From positions 1-41,946 of the IMG/VR virus record IMGVR_UViG_3300037751_000826: a stretch of DNA of 41,946 nt, one strand, 5' to 3'. Shown here in pieces: positions 32,926 to 41,946 of the stretch (positions are counted from its first letter, which is position 1; every line of letters begins with the position of its first letter). The position numbers were made by a program, and so were the translations under genes. This DNA is from a virus. Its lineage: Duplodnaviria > Caudoviricetes. The notes beneath the pieces are model-generated. The model was given only the letters and a program-made list of their open reading frames with translations, had not been told where the DNA came from and made no database searches.

Positions 32926-33770
32926 AGACCGCGAGCAACGAGCTGAAGACGCTACTCAACGGGTCGCAGCAGTTCGCGATGGCCGACCTGTTGACGATCA
33001 CCTTGAAAAGCGGGTCCGTGCTGCGTTACACGAGCGCCGATATTCCGCTCACGGCCAACAACTACACGTTCACCACGTTCAACTTCAAGCGCGGCAAGAC
33101 GCGCCTCGTCGCCGGCATCGAGGTCGACACGCTCGACCTCACTCTGTACGGCGACGATTCGACGCTGATCTTCGGGCAGGCGTACCCGCGCTTTGCGCAG
33201 AACGGCGGCTTCGATGGCGCGTCGGTTCGCCTTGAGCGCGCCTTCATGCCCGAGTGGGGTCAGCCCGTGACCGGTACGCTATGGATGTTCTCGGGGCGCA
33301 TCGCCGAGGTCTGGCCATCGCGGACCACCGTCAAGGTGGCCGTCAAGTCCGATCTGGAAATCCTCAACACGCCGATGCCGCGCAACCTGTTCCAGCCGAA
33401 GTGCGGAAACATGCTGTACGACTCGGGCTGCGCGGTATCGAAGGCGGCGTTCAAGGTGTCCGGCACGGTCGCTGCGGGGAGCACCCGGTCGGCGATCAAG
33501 TCGGCGCTGACGCAGTCGGCGAGCTGGTTCACCGGGGGCACGATCACGTTCACCTCCGGGCCGAACGTCGGCGTTACGCGCACCGTGAAGACCTTCCTTG
33601 CTGGTGAGTTCACTACGGCGATCCCACTGCCGTTCGCGCCGACTGTTGGCGACACGTTCGACGCGCTGCCGGGCTGTGATAAGGCGCTGCTGACGTGCGA
33701 CCTGAAGTTCAACAACAAGCCGCGATTCCGAGGGTTCCCGTATGTTCCAGTCCCAGAAACCGCCTACTGA
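32922..33770 (+). CDS. DUF2163/BR0599 tail hub protein (GTA-like)
   Basis: GGFDGA, C...LYD.GC, GCDK..TC, FRGFPYVP. Confidence 0.87.
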   Translation: MKTASNELKTLLNGSQQFAMADLLTITLKSGSVLRYTSADIPLTANNYTFTTFNFKRGKTRLVAGIEVDTLDLTLYGDDSTLIFGQAYPRFAQNGGFDGASVRLERAFMPEWGQPVTGTLWMFSGRIAEVWPSRTTVKVAVKSDLEILNTPMPRNLFQPKCGNMLYDSGCAVSKAAFKVSGTVAAGSTRSAIKSALTQSASWFTGGTITFTSGPNVGVTRTVKTFLAGEFTTAIPLPFAPTVGDTFDALPGCDKALLTCDLKFNNKPRFRGFPYVPVPETAY

Positions 33771-34191
33771 AGCGCTTCGTGCGGCCGTGGTGGCCGAGGC
33801 CGAGTCGTGGCTGCTGACGCCCTACCACCATCGCGCGCGCCTGAAGGGTGTCGGCGTCGACTGTGCGCAGATCCTAATCGGCGTCTACGCCGCGGTCGGG
33901 CTGGTCGAGCCATTCGACGCTGGCGACTATCCGATGGACTGGATGCTGCATCGCGACGAGGAGCGCTACCTGGCGTGGGTCGAGCAGTACGCGCACGAGG
34001 TCGCCGCGCCGCAGCCGGGCGACATCGCGGTATGGCGCTTCGGACGCACGTTCTCTCACGGGGCAATCGTTATCGGGTGGCCGAACATCATCCACGCCTA
34101 CCGCCCCGACCGCATGGTGGCGCGCGGCGACGCCTCGCAGGTCGCGCTGGCCGGGCGCGAGGTCAAGTTCTATTCACTGTTCGAGGATTGA
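33742..34191 (+). CDS. NlpC/P60 tail-associated peptidase
   Basis: WLLTPYHH, GVGVDCA, PGD, SHGAI, IIHA; start uncertain. Confidence 0.88.
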   Translation: MFQSQKPPTEALRAAVVAEAESWLLTPYHHRARLKGVGVDCAQILIGVYAAVGLVEPFDAGDYPMDWMLHRDEERYLAWVEQYAHEVAAPQPGDIAVWRFGRTFSHGAIVIGWPNIIHAYRPDRMVARGDASQVALAGREVKFYSLFED

Positions 34192-34197
34192 CCCAGC

Positions 34198-37100
34198 ATG
34201 GGCGGCGAGACCACCACGATAGAGGCTGAGCGCATCGGCTCGATGCGGATCCAGACCAGCGCCTACGGCATGGTCGTTCCGCTGGTCTATGGCCGCACCC
34301 GTATCACCGCGAACCTGGTGCACTACGGCGACTTTCTGGCAGTCGCCAGCACGACAACGTCCGGCGGCAAAGGGGGTGGCGGGGTCGAGCAAACCACCTA
34401 CACCTACTACGCATCGGTCGCCATGGCGCTCGGCGAGGGGCCGTTCCATTCCGTCACCGCGCTGTGGAAGGGCAAGGAAAAGCAGGGCGACCGGCTGGCG
34501 ACCCAGCTCGACGAGCGGCGGGTCGTGCCGGCCTCCGCGCCCTATACGATCACGATCCCCTTCCCGCTTGCCTCGACCTATTTCATCTACGACGTCAACC
34601 CGTTGCGGCGGCTCTATCAGACCTATTCCTCGCCCGGAAACGGCCAGTTCTCGGTCTCCGGCAGCACCTACACGTTCTCGCCCGACATGGCCGGGAAAGA
34701 AGTCTCCATTTACTACACGATGTACGTGCCCGGCGTGCTCGCGGCCGGGTTCACCCAGAAGTTGGGCGCCGCCGGGCAGACCCCGTGGTCTTATCTTCAG
34801 ACCACGCACCCGGAACAAGCGCTGGTCTACCCCGGGGTCGCCTATGTCGCGGCCTCAAACTACAAGCTGACCGACTCGGCATCACTCGAAAACCACAGCT
34901 TTGAGGTCATCGGCAAGCTGCCATACAACCCGGCAGGCGGCATCTACGACGCCAACCCCAGGGATGTGCTGGTCGACGTGCTAACCAATCCGACGTCGGG
35001 TGCCGGCTTTCCGCAGGACAAGCTCGGCGACCTTACGGACTTCTCCAACTACTGCCTCGCTGCCGGCATCCTCGTGTCGCCGTACTGGGCCGACCAGAGG
35101 CCCGCCCACGAATACGCGACCGAGCTGGCACAGGTCGGCAACGCGGCGCCACTGTGGTCTGAAGACAAACTGAAGCTGATCCCCTACGCCGATCAGCCCG
35201 TGTACGGCGCGCTCGGCAGCTTCGTGCCAAGCATCGTCGCCGCCTACGACCTCACCGATGACGACTTCCTGCCGACCGGCGATGATCCGGTGCGGGTGCG
35301 GCGCAAGACGCAGGCCGACGCCTTCAACCGCGTGCAGATCGAGTTCAGCAACCGCACCAACGACTACAACACGGACGTGGCCGAGGCCTCCGACCTGGCC
35401 GACATCGAGCTGCACGGTCTGCGCCCGATGAGCCCGCTGAAGATCCAGTCGATCGTCGACGCTGGCGTGGCAGAGACCGTGGCGTCCATCGTTCGCGACC
35501 GCGCGCTCTACATCAGAAACCAGTACGAGTTCGAGCTGGGGTGGCGCTTCGCCTTGCTCGAGCCGATGGACATCGTCACCCTGACCGACGTGGGCCTTGG
35601 CCTCGACAAGTACCCGGTGCGGATCAGGGAAATCAGCGAAAGCGACGACGGCAAGCTGTCCATCGTCGCCGAGGAGTACCTGTCTGGCGTGGCCGCGCCC
35701 GCCATCTACCCGTCCACAGCCCCGGAGGGCTACAACGCGGACTACAACGCCGCGCCGGGCAGCGTCGAGCCGCCCGTGTTCTTCGAGCCGCCCATCGAAA
35801 AGACCCTCAGCGGCCTCGAGGTGTGGTCGGCTGTTACGGGGGCGGGCGCCCTGTGGGGCGGCTGCGAGGTGTGGGTGAGCCTCGACGGCACCACCTACAA
35901 GCACAGCGGGCAAGTCGACGGCGGCAGCCGCTACGGCAGCCTGAAGTCGGCCATGTCTGCCGGCGCGGCAGCCACCGCCAGCGTCGACCTGATCGGCCCC
36001 GCCGAACAACTGTTGCCCGGCACAGCTGCCGAGGCGGCCTCACTGGCGACCCTGTGCTGGGTCGGCGACACATGGGGCGGCGAGTTCTTCGCCTACCAGG
36101 GCGCGGCGCTGGTTGCGGAAAACGAGTACGACCTCACCGGCCTGGTGCGCGCGGCCTACGGCACCACCGACGCCGCGCACTCCGCCGGGCAGCAGTTTGT
36201 CCGGGTCGATGAGCGCATCGGCAGAAGCGAACCGCTCGACCTCGATATGGTCGGCAAGACGATCCACTTCAAGTTCGTCAGCTTTAACGTGTGGGGCGGC
36301 GGGCGGCAGACGCTTGACGAGGTGGCGGCTTACCCCTACACCATCACCGGTTCCATGGTGAAGCTGCCGCCGTCGGACGTGACCGGGTTCACTGTCACGA
36401 CCGCGGGGGATCGCATCATTCATACATGGAACGCGGTCCCCGATCAGGACTTGGCCGAGTACGAGGTGCGCGAGGGCCAGGTGTGGGATGGCTCGCCCAT
36501 CGTCGCGCGCGCACGCTCCACGCAGGTGAAGTTCGCGCCGCGCATCGCCGGCACCTACCACTGGCTCGTCAAGGCCATCGACGCGTTCGGCAACTACTCG
36601 AAGCAGGCCGCTGCCGACAGCGTGACCGTGTCGATCCCCGCGGCGGTCGCGCCTGTCATCGAGCTCACCGGCTCCGACTACGTCCTGTCGTGGAATGCGC
36701 CGCTGTCCAGCTTCCTTGTCGACCACTACGAGCTCCGCCACGGCGCGACATGGGGGACCGGCAGCATCGTCACCCGCGCGAACGCACAAAGCCACAAGGC
36801 CAAGGTTGACTGGGCCGGCTCGCGCACGTTCTGGGTCGCCGCGGTCGATCTGGCCGGTAACATCGGCACTCCGGCGTCGACTGCGCTCACAATCGCCCCG
36901 CCGCTCGCGCCGGCCGTGACGAACTCGCTGTCTGGCGGTCAGGTGATTCTGGCGTGGGGGCAACCCAACGCGAGCCTGCCGCTTGCTGAGTACGAAGTGC
37001 GCTACGGCGCGAGCTGGGCGGATGGCGCGGTGATCACACGCCTCACCGCGCAATCGCTCCCGGTGTCGGTCGACTGGGGCGGCTCGCGCACATTCTGGGT

Positions 37101-38148
37101 CGCCGCGGTCGACATCAACGGCACCGTGGGCGCGGCAGGCTCGACGAGCGTCACCATTTCGCCGCCGTCTGCGCCAACAGTCACAGCCGAGGTGATCGAC
37201 AACAACGTGCTGCTGCGGTGGAGCCAGTCGACCGGCACACTGCCCGTCGACCACTACGAACTCCGGCGCGGCGCAACGTGGGCGACGTCGTCGCTGATCG
37301 GCGCGCTGGCCGGCGGCTTCACGGTCTACTTCGAGTCGTCGGCCGGCACCTACACGTACTGGGCGGCGGCGGTCGACATCGCAGGCAACGTCGGCGCGCC
37401 GTCCGGCTCGACCGCGACTGTTGGCCAGCCCCCGGACTTCAAGCTGTTGTACGACGCGATGATGGATCTAGGCAGCGCCATGCTTTCCGGTGCGCGGCTC
37501 GAGGACGGCGTGATCTATGCGCCTATCAGCACGACCGAGGCGTTCGGCGATCACTTTTCGACGCGCTCGTGGTCGACGCCGCAGGCCCAGCTCGATGCCG
37601 GCTTCGATGTGTTTGCCGAGCCCGCGCCGACCGACGGCTACGCCGAATGGATGATCGACTACGGGGTGATGGTGGCCTCGACGATGATCACCGTAACTGC
37701 CGCCTACACCAGCCGCGACGGCACGCCGGTCATGACGCCGAAGATCAGCGTGAGCCCGGATAACGTCACCTGGACCGACTTCAATGGGGTGTGGCAGGCG
37801 TTCGCCACTGCGTTTCGCTACGTCAAGGTGCGCCTCACGGCGAGCTCGACGGGCGGTGACGACCTTCTGCAGATCGAGAACGTCAACGTCAAGCTGTCGT
37901 TCAAGCGCAAGGGCGACGCCGGCAGCGGCACCGCCAGCGCGTCGGATGTCGGCGGCACGCAGGTCTGGTTCGCCGAGTCGTTCGTCGACGTCGAGGCGCT
38001 CGACGTCACCGCGGGCGGCACGACGCCGATCACGGCCGTCTACGACTTCGTCGACGCGCCTTTCCCCGACGGCTTCAAGGTGTATCTGTTCGATTCAAAC
38101 GGCAACCGTACAAGCGGCCCGTTCTCATGGTCAGCCAAGGGAGTTTAA
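34198..38148 (+). CDS. Tail tip / host-specificity protein (J-like) with tandem FN3-like repeats
   Basis: VPLVYGRTR, LEPMDIV, WGGCEVWVS; four ~88-aa repeats containing YE(V/L)R.G..W. Confidence 0.88.
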   Translation: MGGETTTIEAERIGSMRIQTSAYGMVVPLVYGRTRITANLVHYGDFLAVASTTTSGGKGGGGVEQTTYTYYASVAMALGEGPFHSVTALWKGKEKQGDRLATQLDERRVVPASAPYTITIPFPLASTYFIYDVNPLRRLYQTYSSPGNGQFSVSGSTYTFSPDMAGKEVSIYYTMYVPGVLAAGFTQKLGAAGQTPWSYLQTTHPEQALVYPGVAYVAASNYKLTDSASLENHSFEVIGKLPYNPAGGIYDANPRDVLVDVLTNPTSGAGFPQDKLGDLTDFSNYCLAAGILVSPYWADQRPAHEYATELAQVGNAAPLWSEDKLKLIPYADQPVYGALGSFVPSIVAAYDLTDDDFLPTGDDPVRVRRKTQADAFNRVQIEFSNRTNDYNTDVAEASDLADIELHGLRPMSPLKIQSIVDAGVAETVASIVRDRALYIRNQYEFELGWRFALLEPMDIVTLTDVGLGLDKYPVRIREISESDDGKLSIVAEEYLSGVAAPAIYPSTAPEGYNADYNAAPGSVEPPVFFEPPIEKTLSGLEVWSAVTGAGALWGGCEVWVSLDGTTYKHSGQVDGGSRYGSLKSAMSAGAAATASVDLIGPAEQLLPGTAAEAASLATLCWVGDTWGGEFFAYQGAALVAENEYDLTGLVRAAYGTTDAAHSAGQQFVRVDERIGRSEPLDLDMVGKTIHFKFVSFNVWGGGRQTLDEVAAYPYTITGSMVKLPPSDVTGFTVTTAGDRIIHTWNAVPDQDLAEYEVREGQVWDGSPIVARARSTQVKFAPRIAGTYHWLVKAIDAFGNYSKQAAADSVTVSIPAAVAPVIELTGSDYVLSWNAPLSSFLVDHYELRHGATWGTGSIVTRANAQSHKAKVDWAGSRTFWVAAVDLAGNIGTPASTALTIAPPLAPAVTNSLSGGQVILAWGQPNASLPLAEYEVRYGASWADGAVITRLTAQSLPVSVDWGGSRTFWVAAVDINGTVGAAGSTSVTISPPSAPTVTAEVIDNNVLLRWSQSTGTLPVDHYELRRGATWATSSLIGALAGGFTVYFESSAGTYTYWAAAVDIAGNVGAPSGSTATVGQPPDFKLLYDAMMDLGSAMLSGARLEDGVIYAPISTTEAFGDHFSTRSWSTPQAQLDAGFDVFAEPAPTDGYAEWMIDYGVMVASTMITVTAAYTSRDGTPVMTPKISVSPDNVTWTDFNGVWQAFATAFRYVKVRLTASSTGGDDLLQIENVNVKLSFKRKGDAGSGTASASDVGGTQVWFAESFVDVEALDVTAGGTTPITAVYDFVDAPFPDGFKVYLFDSNGNRTSGPFSWSAKGV

Positions 38149-38151
38149 GCA

Positions 38152-39597
38152 ATGGCCAACTGGTCTCTACCCACCCTCGCGAGTCTCTACGCGGACTTTG
38201 TGACGCTGTTCAAGGAGCGCGACACCGACCTGGCCAAGTGCCTCGACCCCGCCAACGTCACGGTGACCAACCCTGAGGCCGACTTCATCCGCTGGAACTC
38301 GGCCGGCAGCATGTGGGAGAAGTACAACGGCACAGCATGGGGCGCGCTCACCACGGCCTACAACATCAACGCCGATCAGGTCGACGGATGTCACGCGGGC
38401 GTCGCGGCCAACAACGTACTGAAGCTCGACGCCGCCGGCAAGGTTCCCGTCGGAAACCTGCCGGCGACAGCGACCGCATTGGAAACGCTGTCGACCTACG
38501 GCTATCTCGCGAAGACGGCAGCGGGCACAGTCGTCGCCCGAACGCTGGTCGGTCCGTCCGCGGGCCTTGCTGTCGCCAACGCCGACGGCGTCGCCGGGAA
38601 CCCGGCCATTTCTTTGGCGAACGATCTGGCCGCGCTCGAAGGTCTGGCCACCACAGGCATTGCCGTCCGCACCGCGGCCGATACCTGGGCGCAGCGCAGC
38701 GTCGCGGTCGGCAGCGGGCTGGGCGTCAGCAACGGCGACGGCGTCGCCGGAAACCCAACCGTCTCGATCACCGACTCCGAACTGTTGGCGGTAGCCGGGC
38801 TGGTGTCCGCCGCAGACCGTCTGCCCTACTTCACCGGCCCCGGTGCGGCTGCATTGGCTACGTTTACGGCAGCCGCGCGCGCGCTGCTGGACGACGCCAG
38901 CGCCACCGACATGCTGACCACGCTAGGGGTGTCGGCCTACGCCAAGACCCTGCTGGACGACGTAGACGCGGGCGCCGCGCGCACCACGCTCGGCGCGGTG
39001 AACAAGTCTGGCGACACGATGGACGGGCGGCTCAACGGCTACGGGGTAGCCGGCACATCAGGCGCCGACGACGTAGCCTCGATGCAGATCACGAACGCGG
39101 GCGGCACTGGCGACACTGACCTCGCCGCGCTGTCGTTCAAATGCACCAACGGCACAACGCCTTATGCCTCGAAGATGCACCTACGCTCGGACGGATTTAT
39201 CGGTTTTGGCGGCGGCAACGCTGGTGCGTGGAAATGGTATGTCAACCTCACCACTAGCGACATGACCGCTGCCGGCGACGTGTCGGCGTACTCCGACCCG
39301 CGCCTGAAGCAAGACTTCGAGCGCGTGCGCGACCCGCTCGCCATCCTTGCCGCGCTGGATGGCGGCACGTTCGTCTGGCGCGATGGATTCACACACACTG
39401 CCTGCAAGGCAGGCCAGCGCGACTATGGCGTGCTGGCCGATCAGGTCGAGGAGGTTATGCCCGAGATTGTCCACGAGTCGATCAAGATCGACGGCGAGAG
39501 TTATAGGACCGTGGCCTACGACAAGCTCGTGCCGGTGCTGATCGAGGCGGTGAAGGCACTCGATGTGCGCGTGATGGCGCTGGAGGCGCGGCAATGA
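38152..39597 (+). CDS. Tail fibre with C-terminal intramolecular chaperone (peptidase S74)
   Basis: KSGDTMDG fibre motif; AYSDPRLK cleavage motif; GVLADQVE, VAYDKLVPVLIEAVK. Confidence 0.88.
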   Translation: MANWSLPTLASLYADFVTLFKERDTDLAKCLDPANVTVTNPEADFIRWNSAGSMWEKYNGTAWGALTTAYNINADQVDGCHAGVAANNVLKLDAAGKVPVGNLPATATALETLSTYGYLAKTAAGTVVARTLVGPSAGLAVANADGVAGNPAISLANDLAALEGLATTGIAVRTAADTWAQRSVAVGSGLGVSNGDGVAGNPTVSITDSELLAVAGLVSAADRLPYFTGPGAAALATFTAAARALLDDASATDMLTTLGVSAYAKTLLDDVDAGAARTTLGAVNKSGDTMDGRLNGYGVAGTSGADDVASMQITNAGGTGDTDLAALSFKCTNGTTPYASKMHLRSDGFIGFGGGNAGAWKWYVNLTTSDMTAAGDVSAYSDPRLKQDFERVRDPLAILAALDGGTFVWRDGFTHTACKAGQRDYGVLADQVEEVMPEIVHESIKIDGESYRTVAYDKLVPVLIEAVKALDVRVMALEARQ

Positions 39598-40166
39598 CGC
39601 TGCAGTCGTCTGGCGTCATCCGTGTCAGCAACATCAACGTCGAGTTGGGGCGTGCGTCGAACGCGCACACCAGCCTGAACGAGAGCGCCTGCCGCATCCT
39701 CGCGAACGTCCCCAGTGGGACGATCCGCCTGTCGAACTTCTACGGGAAAACGAAGTTCAACGCGCAATGGTCGGGCAGTTCGACAGCGAACGGCTTGACG
39801 CTCGCGACATCAGGAAGCCTTTTCCGTCTCGGTGGAGGCGCGTGGCTGGCCACCTACCTCGACGGGACATTCCAGTCCGGCTACTCCTACGCTGGAGACT
39901 CGGCCAATTCAATCCTGCAGGCGTCTGGCAACGCGTGGCGAGTGAGCCAGGGAACAGGGGTTGCTGGCGGCAACGGAGGTGCCTGGGCGACAGTCTGGGC
40001 TTATTTCTCCATCTCCGCCAAGTGGACCAACTACAGCAACGCGCTATGGATTCTCAACGGCTACTACTACGAGCTTGCTCTGCAGGCGTCAAGTGGACAA
40101 ATCCGGCTGGTCCAACGGGTCTTGAACTCCATCTATTACTACGGGGCGTACATCTCGCTCAGCTAA
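39594..40166 (+). CDS. Putative fibre-tip adhesin / receptor-binding protein
   Basis: MTLQSSG.I..SNINVELG...I.LSNFYGK N-terminus; Gly/Trp/Tyr-rich C-terminus; ATGA overlap with the fibre. Confidence 0.6.
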   Translation: MTLQSSGVIRVSNINVELGRASNAHTSLNESACRILANVPSGTIRLSNFYGKTKFNAQWSGSSTANGLTLATSGSLFRLGGGAWLATYLDGTFQSGYSYAGDSANSILQASGNAWRVSQGTGVAGGNGGAWATVWAYFSISAKWTNYSNALWILNGYYYELALQASSGQIRLVQRVLNSIYYYGAYISLS

Positions 40167-40185
40167 TCCACCAACAGGAGAAACC

Positions 40186-40764
40186 ATGAACATTCTTATC
40201 TGGACAGCAGCGGAGGGCCAAGGCCCGTTCCAGCGACGCCTACCTGACGGCCGCATCTTCAGCGACTTGATGACGGCGAAGCCAGTCTTCAGCTTCCCGT
40301 TCGTGAATCTGCGCTACATCGAGCAGGCCAACGAATACACCATCGACGGCCGCAAGATGACCGCCGCCGAGCAGGCCGAGGTCTACAACACCATCCAGGC
40401 CGTCGAGCCGCCGCTCGAATGGCTCAAGTCGATGAAGCTGGCCGAGATCATGGGGGCCTACGAGCGCGACGTAGCCGCGATCCTTCAGCGCCCTGCCGAC
40501 CCGTTCGAAATGGCGTCGTGGCGCAAGCAGGAGGAGGAGGCACGCGCGTACCTGGCCAACGCCGCGGCCCCGACGCCGGTGATAGACGGCCTGCGCGCCG
40601 CACGCGCGAAGGGCGAGGACCGCGCGACACTGGCGCAGAAGATCGTGGCCAGAGCCGACGCCTTCGCCGCGTCCTACTCGCCGACCCTCGGGAAAAAGCA
40701 GGCCTACCTCGACGCCATCGACGTGGCGACGACACATGCGGCGGTCGACGCGATCGTGTGGTAA
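40186..40764 (+). CDS. Tail fibre assembly/chaperone protein
   Basis: E.ASW.KQEEEA.A, TP.ID, ending VDAIVW. Confidence 0.7.
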   Translation: MNILIWTAAEGQGPFQRRLPDGRIFSDLMTAKPVFSFPFVNLRYIEQANEYTIDGRKMTAAEQAEVYNTIQAVEPPLEWLKSMKLAEIMGAYERDVAAILQRPADPFEMASWRKQEEEARAYLANAAAPTPVIDGLRAARAKGEDRATLAQKIVARADAFAASYSPTLGKKQAYLDAIDVATTHAAVDAIVW

Positions 40765-40784
40765 CGACTCCAAGGGAGAAAGCG

Positions 40785-41018
40785 ATGACCAAACTCATGA
40801 AGAACACACTGGCCGACGTGACCATGCGCCTGCTGATCCTGCTCGACGTCGTCATCAATCGGTTGTTCAACGGCCGCGTCGAGACGATCAGCGCGCGCGC
40901 CGGCCGGGGCGTCGAAAGTGGCAAGACATGGGCTTGCTTCCTGTGCCGCTTGCTCGATCGAATCGATCCTGAGCATTGCGAGGCCTCTGTCGCGGACCCG
41001 CTCGGCCGACTCGACTAA
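40785..41018 (+). CDS. Hypothetical protein near the lysis cassette
   Basis: AAGGGAG SD; LD...N..F.G..ETISARAG, C..LD.ID..HC. Confidence 0.72.
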   Translation: MTKLMKNTLADVTMRLLILLDVVINRLFNGRVETISARAGRGVESGKTWACFLCRLLDRIDPEHCEASVADPLGRLD

Positions 41019-41041
41019 CCAGCCGTAGAAGAACTATCAAC

Positions 41042-41066
41042 AGCTGCCTTCGGGCGGTTTTTTTTT
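41042..41066 (+). terminator. Intrinsic terminator before the holin
   Basis: GCTGCC-TTCG-GGCGGT plus a long T tract. Confidence 0.75.
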
Positions 41067-41075
41067 GGAGCCAAC

Positions 41076-41393
41076 ATGCCCGACAAGCACCTTTCAGACC
41101 TAGCGCAGTCCGACTACCACCTGTGGTGGCAGACCCTCATTCAAGCATTTGCATTTGCTGGCATCGGCGTGCTGATCGCCTTGGGCCAGATTCTTCAAAC
41201 CAAGGATCCGATCACGCTCAAGGTCGCCATCGGCCGCTGCATCACCACGGGCGGCATCGCACTCGGCGCCGGCTCCGTGCTCGCCTTCATCCCGGATCTT
41301 CCGTTCATCGCCATGTGCGGCATAGCCGGCATGCTCGCGAGCCTCGGCAACTCAGGGCTTGAGCTGCTCATTCATCGGATGTTCAACAGGTGA
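41076..41393 (+). CDS. Holin
   Basis: 105 aa with 2-3 hydrophobic segments, directly upstream of the endolysin. Confidence 0.8.
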   Translation: MPDKHLSDLAQSDYHLWWQTLIQAFAFAGIGVLIALGQILQTKDPITLKVAIGRCITTGGIALGAGSVLAFIPDLPFIAMCGIAGMLASLGNSGLELLIHRMFNR

Positions 41394-41397
41394 TTCC

Positions 41398-41946
41398 ATG
41401 ATCAGTCTCAGCGATCTGAAAAAGATCATTCCCTACGCCGGCCACAGAGCCGGCGTTTTTTTTGGGCCCCTGACCCAAGCCATGACCGAGTTCGGCATCG
41501 ACACGCCGGCGCGACAGGCAGCGTTTTTGGCGCAGCTCGCGCACGAGTCGGGAAGCCTCCGCTATGTCCGTGAGATCGCCTCGGGGCGGGCATACGAGGG
41601 GCGCGCGGATTTGGGGAACACTGAGCCTGGCGACGGCGTGCGCTTCAAGGGGCGAGGTCTGATCCAGATCACCGGGCGCGCGAACTACCGTGCCTGCTCA
41701 ATGGCGCTGTTTGGCGACGAACGTCTGCTCGATCGTCCCGAGATCCTCGAGCAAGTCGTTCCGGCATGCCGGTCCGCAGCCTGGTTCTGGCGAGAGCACA
41801 ACCTGAACAAGTGGGCCGACGCCGGGGACTTCGACGGCACGAGCGACATCATCAACCGTGGTCGCAAGACATCCAAGATCGGTGACGCGAACGGCTACGC
41901 CCACAGGCTGGCTTTCTACGAACGCGCCAAGGAGGTGCTCGCATGA
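41398..41946 (+). CDS. Glycoside hydrolase family 19 endolysin
   Basis: AAFLAQLAHESG, FKGRGLIQITGRANY, SAAWFW, IIN. Confidence 0.93.
   Translation: MISLSDLKKIIPYAGHRAGVFFGPLTQAMTEFGIDTPARQAAFLAQLAHESGSLRYVREIASGRAYEGRADLGNTEPGDGVRFKGRGLIQITGRANYRACSMALFGDERLLDRPEILEQVVPACRSAAWFWREHNLNKWADAGDFDGTSDIINRGRKTSKIGDANGYAHRLAFYERAKEVLA

Larger units (their letters stand above)
1..41946. mobile_element. Temperate lambdoid prophage/phage (siphovirus-type tail), truncated at both window edges
   Basis: Complete lambdoid gene order: xis-like, recombination, PL, cargo, cI/cro, cII, replication, Q-like, packaging, head, tail, lysis. Integrase, att sites and spanins are not in the window. Confidence 0.97.

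Noticed and set aside
32320-38148. Gene transfer agent
   Set aside because: The tail tip genes are GTA-like, but repressor, replication and recombination modules show a true temperate phage.
39594-40166. Diversity-generating retroelement target in the adhesin (Asn/Tyr-rich 3' end)
   Set aside because: No reverse transcriptase gene and no template-repeat copy seen in the window; a trans-acting DGR elsewhere cannot be excluded.
1-41946. Integrase, att sites, tRNA, spanins, IS elements
   Set aside because: None recognisable; the window starts at the xis-like stop and ends at the endolysin stop.

Overview
The whole window is a nearly complete, GC-rich temperate lambdoid (pro)phage with a siphovirus-type tail; a betaproteobacterial host is my inference from composition and the SSB sequence. 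Left arm (minus strand, from PL at about 6622-6650): small early genes, a Cas4/RecB-like exonuclease, RecT, a truncated HsdM-like methyltransferase, a Rad50/SbcC-like ATPase, SSB and a DUF4224 excisionase-like gene. The integrase should lie just outside the left edge. Between PL and cI, the rexAB position of lambda, lies about 6.5 kb of cargo: a membrane protein, an MmeI-like single-chain R-M enzyme, a PIN nuclease with an unknown partner, a thermonuclease, a lipoprotein and a Cys-rich protein. Next come the cI/cro switch with TCTGCG-N5-CGCAGA operators at both OL and OR, a CII-like gene, a DUF1376 replication initiator, RusA, a Q-like gene with PR'/tR', and a ParB-MTase fusion. The late region encodes terminase, a portal-gp7 fusion, protease, capsid, neck, tail (with a -1 frameshift chaperone), a GTA-like tail tip, an S74 fibre, an adhesin, holin and a GH19 endolysin. 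The best leads are the immunity-region cargo (the PIN/partner pair, an antisense membrane protein/Pro-rich peptide pair and leaderless promoters), an MTase lacking its catalytic motif and ending in a beta-clamp motif, an orphan degenerate Rad50, an A9 slippage site in the portal fusion, a hammerhead-like RNA and an 8-bp repeat that frameshifts a small membrane gene. All calls come from motif recognition by eye; no searches were run.
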